Assembly (NCBI GenBank): GCA_017963125.1
Contig: JAGCUA010000069.1
Location: 87,723 to 151,722, forward strand
From: a bacterium
GTDB taxonomy: Bacteria; UBP6; UBA1177
Direction of reading: 5' to 3'
Length of the DNA stretch: 64,000 nucleotides
Made by a program: the position numbers and the translations under genes. Under the pieces are notes generated by a model. That model saw only the letters and a program-made list of their open reading frames with translations, had not been told where the DNA came from and searched no databases. Positions 48,695-56,437 of the stretch are shown here, piece after piece (the first letter of the stretch is position 1; each line of letters starts with the position of its first letter).

Positions 48695-48769
48695 GGCGCC
48701 GCAATTCTTGTCGAAATATCGAAGCGGCGCACAAATTTCGTAACGACGACACGGCGTGACGACGTGACG
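48695..48769. repeat. composite repeat downstream of lpdA (right arm, inverted)
   Basis: Stem GCGCCGC (48696-48702) pairs with GCGGCGC (48724-48730) and encloses TCGAAATATCGA (48711-48722). Next come AACGACGAC (48743-48751, partial) and GTGACGACG (48756-48764), the reverse complement of CGTCGTCAC. Confidence 0.8.
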
Positions 48770-49198
48770 TTAATATTTTGACTTATTCCACTCGAAATCG
48801 AGAAAGATCACCCTTCTATCGCTGATATCAAGTGTTTCGAGGATCGCATAAACAGGTTTTATATCGGCTGCGGTGTTCAGCATAATGAACGGTCTGTCTA
48901 TTACCGTGACAGATTCCTTCAGCATCAGGGCACGAAGCAGTTTTACTTTGAAAAGCGTCTCTGAATCGAGCTGGAATGTTTTTTTGTTTATCGAATCCGA
49001 AATTTTCAGGAGATCAAGAAGTTTCCCGATTTCAGCGCGTATGGACTCGTCTTTTTCAGTTGTCAGATAGCGCGGAACAAGCGAGATATTGTCGTACACG
49101 CTGAGATTCGAAAGAAGCGGAATGTCCGGAGAGACAAAACCGGCACGCTGTTCGTCACGGATCGCTGCTGCGCGCGCTTTGAGCCCGGTCTCGCTCAC
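48770..49198 (-). CDS. degenerate ABC ATPase-like protein lacking the P-loop (MlaF remnant)
   Basis: 142 aa. Alignable to ABC ATPases only from the Q-loop onward (QRAGFVSPDIPLLSNLSVYDNISL). Signature motif is LDSET rather than LSGGQ. Walker B reads VTVIDRPF and has lost its DE pair. No Walker A. Start overlaps the mlaE stop. Confidence 0.6.
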   Translation of the reverse strand: MSETGLKARAAAIRDEQRAGFVSPDIPLLSNLSVYDNISLVPRYLTTEKDESIRAEIGKLLDLLKISDSINKKTFQLDSETLFKVKLLRALMLKESVTVIDRPFIMLNTAADIKPVYAILETLDISDRRVIFLDFEWNKSKY

Positions 49199-49992
49199 AA
49201 AGAATTCAGTAAGAATCTCGCAACTAATGATACCACCTCCACAAAAACTATCGACATGAAAACACCCATCATCCCGTGAAGGACAGAAACGGGAATGTCG
49301 GTCGGGCGATACTGGGTCTTCCAGCCGTTGTAAAGCGGAATTACCGATATAAAAAACCCGAATGCGATCGTTTTCATGTATAAAATAATTATATCAAAAA
49401 CCGAGATCGATTTCGTGATCATTTCGGAAAATATTCCTGCGCTCATCTCAAAAATTATGCTGCTGAATACGAAACCGCTGAAAAGAACGATTATAGCAAA
49501 AAGCGAGGAAAGGATCGTGACACTTATCACAAAACTGATGATCCTCGGCAGAAAAAGATAGACTACCGGATCGATCCCGAAAGATTCAAGAGCATCGATT
49601 TCGCGGTTGACTTTCATTACTGCGATCTCAGAATTGACCGCTGACGAGCTCCGCAGGGCAAGGAGAACAACCGTGATAAGCGGAGAAAATTCCAGAACGA
49701 CGACACCCATGACGATGTTTCCCAGATACTGGACAAGACCGAAACTTTTTACTGTCTGGAAAATGATCCCGATGAAAATACTGCCGAAAATCGCACTCAG
49801 TACGACGAAAAAGTTGAGAAGCTGATACGCCGTAAAAAATATCTGCATGACGAGAATGTCGAATGCGGCGCGGTTGAAAAACGATCCCTGAAGGAATTCT
49901 CGCAGACATTTAAGGCAGAACACGCAGAAACCCGAAACGTTTTTAAAAGTGTTCACCGCCTTGGAACCGAACTGTTCAATGAAGTCTCGCAC
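49195..49992 (-). CDS. mlaE: MlaE-family ABC transporter permease
   Basis: 265 aa. EFSPLITVVLLALRSSSAVNSEIAVMKVNREIDALESFGIDPVVYLFLPR matches the conserved MlaE core. Confidence 0.85.
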   Translation of the reverse strand: MRDFIEQFGSKAVNTFKNVSGFCVFCLKCLREFLQGSFFNRAAFDILVMQIFFTAYQLLNFFVVLSAIFGSIFIGIIFQTVKSFGLVQYLGNIVMGVVVLEFSPLITVVLLALRSSSAVNSEIAVMKVNREIDALESFGIDPVVYLFLPRIISFVISVTILSSLFAIIVLFSGFVFSSIIFEMSAGIFSEMITKSISVFDIIILYMKTIAFGFFISVIPLYNGWKTQYRPTDIPVSVLHGMMGVFMSIVFVEVVSLVARFLLNSL

Positions 49993-50053
49993 GTAATCCC
50001 CCGAAAAACAACGCCCGATTATACACTTTTATTAGTGAAAATAAACTAAAATC

Positions 50054-50081
50054 TTGACTGTAAAAAGAATTTCACTATAAT
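50054..50081 (+). promoter_or_regulatory. sigma70-type promoter of ffh
   Basis: TTGACT (50054-50059), a 16-nt spacer, then TATAAT (50076-50081). Followed by TGCACGGC, T7 and GAGAGGG before the ATG. Confidence 0.6.
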
Positions 50082-50107
50082 TGCACGGCTTTTTTTGAGA
50101 GGGTGAA

Positions 50108-51460
50108 ATGTTCGATCAACTCACCGACAAACTCGAAGCGACCTTCAAAAAGTTGCGCGGTGTCGGCAAGCTTACTGAAGACAATATCAAAGACGGAATA
50201 AGAGAGCTCAAACTTTCTCTTTTAGAAGCCGACGTAAACTTCAAAGTCGTCAAGGAACTCGTTGAAAAAGTTAAGGAAAGAGCACTCGGCACGGAAGTCG
50301 CAAAAAGCATAAATCCGGGCCAGATGTTCATCAAAATTTTCCACGAAGAACTTATTTCGATGCTTGGAGAGGGCGATCATTCGCTCAATCTGAACGTCAG
50401 ACCGCCGGCGATAATCCTCATGGCAGGTCTTCAGGGAAGCGGTAAAACCACGACTGCCGGAAAGCTCGCTTACCTTCTCAAAAACAAGATGAAAAAGAGA
50501 GTTCTGCTCGTTCCGGCCGATGTTTACAGGCCTGCCGCAATCGATCAGCTCAAGACTCTGGCTGCAAAAATCGATGTTGACGTTTATCCGTCCGAAGTCG
50601 GCATGGATCCTGTCGATATTGCTAAAAAATCGGTCGAATACGGTAAAAACAACGTTGCAGACGTAATCATAATCGATACCGCTGGCCGTCTTCAGGTCGA
50701 TGAAGATATGATGGACGAGATCACGAACATCAAAAACGCGGTCGAACCGTCAGAGATCCTTTTCGTAGCTGATGCGATGACAGGTCAGGAAGCGGTAAAT
50801 GTCGCGGCTGAATTTCACAAAAGACTTTCGATCACCGGTGTCGTACTCACGAAAATGGACGGTGACGCAAGAGGCGGCGCGGCGCTTTCGATCAACGCAG
50901 CAACGGGCGCTCCGCTCAAATTTGTCGGTATGGGCGAGAAAATCGATCAGTTTGAAGTTTTCCATCCCGAAAGGATCGCAGGCAGAATCGTAGGTCTCGG
51001 CGATGTTCTTTCGCTTGTCGAAAAAGCAACTGAAAAAATCAATGCAGAAGAGGCTCTCCGTCTCCAGAAAAAAATGGGGAAAAACGAGTTTGACCTCGAG
51101 GATTTCCTTGCCCAGATGAAGATGATTAGAAACATGGGACCGATGGAAAACATGCTTGAAATGATCCCCGGAATGGGCAAAGCGATGAAGCAGATGGAAG
51201 GCAAAGTCGACTTCGAAAAAGAGCTTTCCAAAATCGAAGCCATCATCTTCTCGATGACCAAAGAAGAGCGCAAAAAACCCGAAATTCTCAACGCCTCGCG
51301 CCGCAGAAGGATCGCGAACGGCAGCGGAACGAAGGTTCAGGATATAAACCAGTTTATGAAACAATACCTTGAAATGAAAAAAATGATGAAAAGCATAAAT
51401 AAGCTCGGATTGGGCGGGCTTATGAAGAAATTCAAGGGTTTAGGCAACTTAGTCAAATAA
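50108..51460 (+). CDS. ffh: signal recognition particle protein Ffh
   Basis: GLQGSGKTTT, DTAGR, TKMDGDARGG, and a Met-rich M domain. Confidence 0.97.
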   Translation: MFDQLTDKLEATFKKLRGVGKLTEDNIKDGIRELKLSLLEADVNFKVVKELVEKVKERALGTEVAKSINPGQMFIKIFHEELISMLGEGDHSLNLNVRPPAIILMAGLQGSGKTTTAGKLAYLLKNKMKKRVLLVPADVYRPAAIDQLKTLAAKIDVDVYPSEVGMDPVDIAKKSVEYGKNNVADVIIIDTAGRLQVDEDMMDEITNIKNAVEPSEILFVADAMTGQEAVNVAAEFHKRLSITGVVLTKMDGDARGGAALSINAATGAPLKFVGMGEKIDQFEVFHPERIAGRIVGLGDVLSLVEKATEKINAEEALRLQKKMGKNEFDLEDFLAQMKMIRNMGPMENMLEMIPGMGKAMKQMEGKVDFEKELSKIEAIIFSMTKEERKKPEILNASRRRRIANGSGTKVQDINQFMKQYLEMKKMMKSINKLGLGGLMKKFKGLGNLVK

Positions 51461-51476
51461 TTTTTTGGAGGATTTA

Positions 51477-51716
51477 ATGAGCGTTAGTATCAGACTGACC
51501 AGAGGCGGTTCCAAGAAAAAACCTTCTTACAGAGTTGTTGTTCTTGACAGCAGAAAGAAAAGAGACAGCGATTATCTCGAAAGACTCGGACACTACAATC
51601 CGTGCGTTGATCCCGCTGAAATCGTTATCGATGTTGAAAAGTATGACGAATGGATCAAAAAAGGTGCACAGAGCTCCGATACAGTCGCTTCTCTCGTAAA
51701 AAAAGTAAGAAAGTAA
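51477..51716 (+). CDS. rpsP: 30S ribosomal protein S16
   Basis: MSVSIRLTRGGSKKKPSYRVVVLDSRKKRDSDYLERLGHYNP. GGAGG upstream. Confidence 0.95.
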   Translation: MSVSIRLTRGGSKKKPSYRVVVLDSRKKRDSDYLERLGHYNPCVDPAEIVIDVEKYDEWIKKGAQSSDTVASLVKKVRK

Positions 51717-51748
51717 GAAAATAACCTTTTCTATTTTCGGAGGATTTT

Positions 51749-51982
51749 ATGAAAGAACTCATTGAACAGATCGCTATGAAACTGGTTGATTATCCAGAAC
51801 ATGTTTCAGTAACAGAAGTAGAAAGTGAAAATTCGACAATTCTCGAACTCAGAGTAGCAAAATCAGATCTTGGCAAAGTTATCGGCAAAGAAGGCAGGAT
51901 TGCGAAGGCAATGAGGGTTCTTCTCGGCGCGGCAACTTCACATGCACAGAAAAAATACACTCTCGAAATAGTCGAAGATTGA
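51749..51982 (+). CDS. KH-domain RNA-binding protein (UPF0109/YlqC-like)
   Basis: 77 aa. GKVIGKEGRIAKAMRVLL GXXG KH motif. Canonical position between rpsP and rimM. Confidence 0.85.
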   Translation: MKELIEQIAMKLVDYPEHVSVTEVESENSTILELRVAKSDLGKVIGKEGRIAKAMRVLLGAATSHAQKKYTLEIVED

Positions 51983-52455
51983 AAGGTGTCTCTTCTTTAA
52001 AAATCGTCGGAACTTTTTCAAAAGTTCTCAAAAAAGACGGTTCTCTTCTTTTTAAGCCGGAATTCAAAGACAGTGATTTCTTATTGGATTTCGGCTTTCT
52101 TTATCATTTCGAGTTCAAGACAAAGTGGCATATAGCCTCGATAACAAAGGTCGGCAAAGGCTTTATGATCAGATTTACAGAAGTTAAAACATTCAAGGAA
52201 GCTGAGTTTCTGATCGGTGAAAAGTTCGCACTTCCGGAAAGCGAGATCTTCGGCAGATCGCAGGACCTTCTGATCGGGGAGACAGTTTCCGACAAGTTGG
52301 GAAAATCATTCGGCAGAATAGTCGCATTCACCCCTACTCCGACCTACTCTCTCGCAGAAATCGAAAAAGAGGACGGATCTTCCGAATTTATTCCCTTTAC
52401 CGAAAAATTTTTCAGACTTGAAAAAGGAAAAATCGTACTGATTGCAAAACCTTAG
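51979..52455 (+). CDS. rimM: 16S rRNA processing protein RimM
   Basis: 158 aa. Position after rpsP-KH, with a PRC-barrel-like C-terminus (LIGETVSDKLGKSFGRIVAF). The TTG start overlapping the KH stop is uncertain. Confidence 0.7.
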   Translation: MKGVSSLKIVGTFSKVLKKDGSLLFKPEFKDSDFLLDFGFLYHFEFKTKWHIASITKVGKGFMIRFTEVKTFKEAEFLIGEKFALPESEIFGRSQDLLIGETVSDKLGKSFGRIVAFTPTPTYSLAEIEKEDGSSEFIPFTEKFFRLEKGKIVLIAKP

Positions 52456-52886
52456 TTTGCTTTAAGAAAAGTGACTAAACTTTCAAGAGCAGTTGAATAA
52501 GTAGCAGTCCCGAGTCCGTAAACGACTTTTACGGCAACATCGCTCAAATACGATTTGCGGCGGAACTCTTCTCTTTCGAAAACATTTGAGATGTGCGCTT
52601 CGACAAAAGGAATTTTAGAGCAGAGCAAAGCGTCGCGCAGAAGAACACTTGTGTGAGTGTAAGCCCCGGGATTTATCACGATCCCGTCACATTTTGCATT
52701 TACGATGATTTTTGCGAGATTTCCTTCGCAGTAATCAGACACCGATCCGGTATCAACTCCGAGAGCCTTTGCTTTTTCGTTAAAAGCCGAGATCAGTTTT
52801 TCGCGCGTTCCCTTTCCGCCGTAAATCTCTGGCTCCCTTTCGCCGATCTTGTCAAGCAGAGGTCCTTCGATAAGCAGTATCTTCAT
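52452..52886 (-). CDS. aroQ: type II 3-dehydroquinate dehydratase
   Basis: MKILLIEGPLLDKIGEREPEIYGG and EAHISNVFEREEFR signatures. Confidence 0.92.
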   Translation of the reverse strand: MKILLIEGPLLDKIGEREPEIYGGKGTREKLISAFNEKAKALGVDTGSVSDYCEGNLAKIIVNAKCDGIVINPGAYTHTSVLLRDALLCSKIPFVEAHISNVFEREEFRRKSYLSDVAVKVVYGLGTATYSTALESLVTFLKAN

Positions 52887-53098
52887 ATATCGTCCTCGTT
52901 CATTTCACGCCATTTTATTTCGGAAAAAACTGAAAGCAGCCACGCCGCTTCGACCGATTTTTCAGCCGTTTCAACCGCCGGAGCTATTCTTGCGATCTCG
53001 CTTTCTGGCTTTTTTTCGGCATATTCTTTCGCCATTTCAGCCGCAGCTTCCCAGTTTTTCTGTCTGAGAGCGATTATAATCATCGTTTCAGTAACCAT
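52883..53098 (-). CDS. 71-aa hypothetical protein
   Basis: Helical, Ala/Glu-rich. ATGA overlap with aroQ and 12 nt after hydF. No family recognised. Confidence 0.4.
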   Translation of the reverse strand: MVTETMIIIALRQKNWEAAAEMAKEYAEKKPESEIARIAPAVETAEKSVEAAWLLSVFSEIKWREMNEDDI

Positions 53099-53110
53099 TT
53101 TTCACCTCGA

Positions 53111-54304
53111 TCATTCTATCCCGAAAGGTTTGAGAGCACGCGGGAAAACTCCGTGCAGATAGCTGATGAGAACTCCGAAATTGGTCACGGGGACTCCTTT
53201 TTCAGCAGGAATCGCCTGACGAAGAAGCATTTCGCGCCTGTTCAGAGTGCACGCGCCGCAGTGGACTATCAGTTTGTATTCGCTCAGGTTTTCGGGATAA
53301 TCGCGGCCAGCCGAAGTTTCGATTATGAGCCCTCTGCCTACTTTTTCGTTAAGCCATTTCGGGATTTTGACTCGTGCGATATCGTCATCCTGCGAGTGGT
53401 GCGAGCAGCTTTCTGCAATAAGCACTTTGTCGCCAGATTTCAGAGTTTCGACCGTTTTTACAGCTTTCACCATTTCGGCAAGGTTCCCTTTCTGTCTGAT
53501 CGAAAGGATCGAAAACGAGGTGAAAGGAACATCTTCCGGAACAATCGGAGCAACTTTTGAAAAAACCTGCGAATCGGTGATGACGAGGGCCGGTTTTTCT
53601 TTCAGAGAATCGAAAGTTTTCTGCAAATTCTGCGGTTCGCACGAAAGAGCGATCCCGCCGCCGTCAAGAATATCTCTCCATGCTCTCACCTGCGGCATGA
53701 TCATTCTTCCTTTCGGTGCGCTTGAATCGATCGGAGTTATCATCAGAACGACATCTCCCGGCTTTATGAGATCGCGCAGGAACGGCGGTTCCCACTCATC
53801 TGGAGAAAGTTCCGTTATCTTTTTCGTGATCTTCCCGATACCTTCGTTGTTTCTGGCACTTGCAGAGATATATTCCTTCCCTTCAAGCCAATTTTTCACA
53901 CTTTCGGAAAGAGGAAGTTCCGACTTGTTGAGAACTAAAATCAGCGGGATCTTCTCATTTTCGCACTCTGAAATTATGTTATCTTCAAGCTCTCCGGCAG
54001 CTCCGGCCGCATCGACAACAAGGATCACCATATCGGATTTTTTGAGATAACTTACTGATTTTTTTACTCTTTCAAGTCCCAAAGCATCTCCAGTGTCGTC
54101 AAGTCCGGCTGTGTCAATAAGCATCGCTGGGCCTGTCGGAAAAAGCTCGATCGCCTTCATGACCGGATCTGTCGTTGTTCCCGGAACATCCGAAACGATA
54201 GCCACGTTCTGCCCCGTGAAAGCGTTTATCAGAGAAGACTTTCCGGCATTTCTCCTGCCGAAAATCGAAATGCGGAGCCTGTCGCCCGTCATTACTCTTG
54301 CCAT
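53111..54304 (-). CDS. hydF: [FeFe]-hydrogenase H-cluster maturation GTPase HydF
   Basis: G1 GRRNAGKSS, G2 PGTTTD, G3 DTAGLDD, G4 LNKSE. C-terminal FeS ligand pattern SCSHH ... VHCGAC (CxH...HCxxC). Confidence 0.8.
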   Translation of the reverse strand: MARVMTGDRLRISIFGRRNAGKSSLINAFTGQNVAIVSDVPGTTTDPVMKAIELFPTGPAMLIDTAGLDDTGDALGLERVKKSVSYLKKSDMVILVVDAAGAAGELEDNIISECENEKIPLILVLNKSELPLSESVKNWLEGKEYISASARNNEGIGKITKKITELSPDEWEPPFLRDLIKPGDVVLMITPIDSSAPKGRMIMPQVRAWRDILDGGGIALSCEPQNLQKTFDSLKEKPALVITDSQVFSKVAPIVPEDVPFTSFSILSIRQKGNLAEMVKAVKTVETLKSGDKVLIAESCSHHSQDDDIARVKIPKWLNEKVGRGLIIETSAGRDYPENLSEYKLIVHCGACTLNRREMLLRQAIPAEKGVPVTNFGVLISYLHGVFPRALKPFGIE

Positions 54305-54311
54305 AACAACC

Positions 54312-54941
54312 TCACAAAATATCGGTATAATCTTTAAAATATGTAAATTTCACGTTTTCGGAAGCTAATTTTTCGGCGAGTTCGTCTGTCGCATAGATTC
54401 TGTCGGCGTATCTCGAACCGCAGAAATCGGTCTCGCCGTCACCGAAATAGATAGTCTCGAAACCTTCTTTTTTATACTTTTCAACGACTGCGCGCTTGCA
54501 GTTGGAGCAGTTTTTGGAGCAAAGCGGAGGAAGAGCGTTTCTGCACGGAACCAGCTCCCAGTTTTTATCACCTAAGTATCTGATATCGTTGATATAAGCC
54601 TCGACTTCGGTATCTCCCATGAAAAGTTCGGCAAAACACCTGAAACCGCCGCTCAAGATCACGATCTCGTCACCGTTTTCGCGGACTTTTTTCACAAAAT
54701 CGAAGAAACCTTCACGCACAGGAACATTTTTCTTAATAAAATCAAAAAGTTCCCCCTTTTCAGCCTTCATAGATTCAACTTCATCGACTAAGGTCTGATG
54801 GCGCTCCTTTCTTCCGGCACGCATCTCGTTTTCAAGCTCTCTCCAGTCAACTATGCAGTATTTGTCGAACGCGACGACGAGAGTGTCTAAAGCCGTCACA
54901 GTACCGTCAAAATCAAGGATGTAGCACTTTTTTCCGTTCAT
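54312..54941 (-). CDS. HAD-superfamily subfamily IB phosphatase (MtnX-like)
   Basis: YILDFDGTVT (DxDxT), GDGETD, and an internal Cys cluster CSKNCSNCK. Confidence 0.7.
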   Translation of the reverse strand: MNGKKCYILDFDGTVTALDTLVVAFDKYCIVDWRELENEMRAGRKERHQTLVDEVESMKAEKGELFDFIKKNVPVREGFFDFVKKVRENGDEIVILSGGFRCFAELFMGDTEVEAYINDIRYLGDKNWELVPCRNALPPLCSKNCSNCKRAVVEKYKKEGFETIYFGDGETDFCGSRYADRIYATDELAEKLASENVKFTYFKDYTDIL

Positions 54942-55072
54942 CTATCTCCTAAAATCAAAAAATCGCCGATTATTACAACGCAATGCTGTTTCCGTCAAGA
55001 AAGATATAAAATCTGTCTTTTTCAGGTTTTTTAGCTATAATACTGCGTTTTTCGGTTTTTTCGGAGGTTTCG

Positions 55073-56401
55073 ATGTTAAAAGTCATTATTTGCGACGATC
55101 CGCTTTTCTACATCAAGGAGAGAAAGGACAAAATTTCGTGGAATGCAGCTTCAAAAGAGGAGTTTTTCGCACAGATCCTTGATTTGACGAGGCAGAACAA
55201 AAATTTCAGCATCGCTTACGGCGAATACCTTTTCGACAGCGATTCCCGTGCCGTCACTCTGCTTGAAACGCTTGAAGGAAGCACTTCCGAGATCACGCTT
55301 TTCTGCCGCGAAGCCGCGCTTTCCCCTGCGATCATGCGCTACGCCGCGATAGAGACATTGAAACCCGACCTTTCGATATTTTCTGAAAAAATCAGCAGAC
55401 TTCCCTTTTCGGAAAGCACGAAAAACACGATCCGCGAAAACCTGAAAGGCTTTCCTTTCTCAAGGATCGACGAACTTCTGAAAAACGCTTCGAAACTTGA
55501 AGAAACCAAGGCTGTCGAATATGTTCTTGAATCGAAACGCAGTCTCCTCATGCAGAACGAAATTCTCGAAGTCATCAATGTCGATGACGGAATTTCAGGC
55601 ATCGGCGGCTACGAAGAGCTGAAACAGTGGATCATCGAAAGACGCGGCAACTTTTCCGACGAAGCCCGCAAATTCGGGATCCCGCTCCCGAAAGGAATGC
55701 TCATGCTCGGTGTTCAAGGCTGCGGAAAATCGCTCACAAGCAAAGTCATTTCGAATATCTGGAACTTCCCGCTCGTCAGGCTCGACTTCATCAACCTTTT
55801 CAGAAAAGGCCAGAGCGTCGAAGAGCTTCTGAAATCGGCGATCGCAACGATCGAAGGTTTCGCCCCTGTAGTTCTCTGGATAGACGAGATCGAAAAAGCT
55901 CTTTCGCAGGAAGGCGAAGGGGCCGAAATACGCAGAGTTTTAGGCTGGCTTATGACCTGGATGCAGGAGAAAAAGGAGCCGGTTTTCCTTGTCGCAACGG
56001 CAAACAGAGTCTCGCTTCTGCCGCCCGAACTTCTCAGAAAAGGGCGTTTCGACGAGATATTCTTCGTTGACCTTCCCTCAAAACCGGAGCGCGAGGAAAT
56101 CTACAAGATCCACCTCAAAAAAAGAGGCCGCAATCCCGAAGATTTCGACACAGACAAGCTCGCATACAACTCCGAAGGCTTCAGCGGAGCCGAAATTGAG
56201 CAGGTCGTAATCGACTCTCTCATCACGGCATATTCAAGAAACTGCGAACTGACGCAGAAAATCCTCGAAGAAATCCTGCGCAGAACAGTTCCCCTTTCAA
56301 AAACCTACGAAGAAAACATCAAAGAACTCAGAATCTGGTCGAGAAACCGCGCAAGAAACGCTTCCGGCAACAGAAAAATCGAATCATTTTTCGGGAATTA
56401 G
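55073..56401 (+). CDS. Ycf46-like single-domain AAA+ ATPase
   Basis: GMLMLGVQGCGKSLTSK, VLWIDEIEKAL, TWMQEKKEPVFLVATANRVSLLPPELLRKGRFDEIFFVDLP and GFSGAEIEQ closely resemble cyanobacterial/plastid Ycf46 as I remember it. It has a distinct N-terminal domain of about 190 aa. Confidence 0.75.
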   Translation: MLKVIICDDPLFYIKERKDKISWNAASKEEFFAQILDLTRQNKNFSIAYGEYLFDSDSRAVTLLETLEGSTSEITLFCREAALSPAIMRYAAIETLKPDLSIFSEKISRLPFSESTKNTIRENLKGFPFSRIDELLKNASKLEETKAVEYVLESKRSLLMQNEILEVINVDDGISGIGGYEELKQWIIERRGNFSDEARKFGIPLPKGMLMLGVQGCGKSLTSKVISNIWNFPLVRLDFINLFRKGQSVEELLKSAIATIEGFAPVVLWIDEIEKALSQEGEGAEIRRVLGWLMTWMQEKKEPVFLVATANRVSLLPPELLRKGRFDEIFFVDLPSKPEREEIYKIHLKKRGRNPEDFDTDKLAYNSEGFSGAEIEQVVIDSLITAYSRNCELTQKILEEILRRTVPLSKTYEENIKELRIWSRNRARNASGNRKIESFFGN

Positions 56402-56437
56402 CAGAACAGATCGGCTTCATATAGAGTTGTAGTGAAT

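Noticed and set aside
53111-54304. Alternative call of this GTPase as Der/EngA or another TrmE-Era-EngA-type GTPase.
   Set aside because: It has a single G domain only. The C-terminal CxH...HCxxC cluster-binding pattern and overall length fit HydF better.
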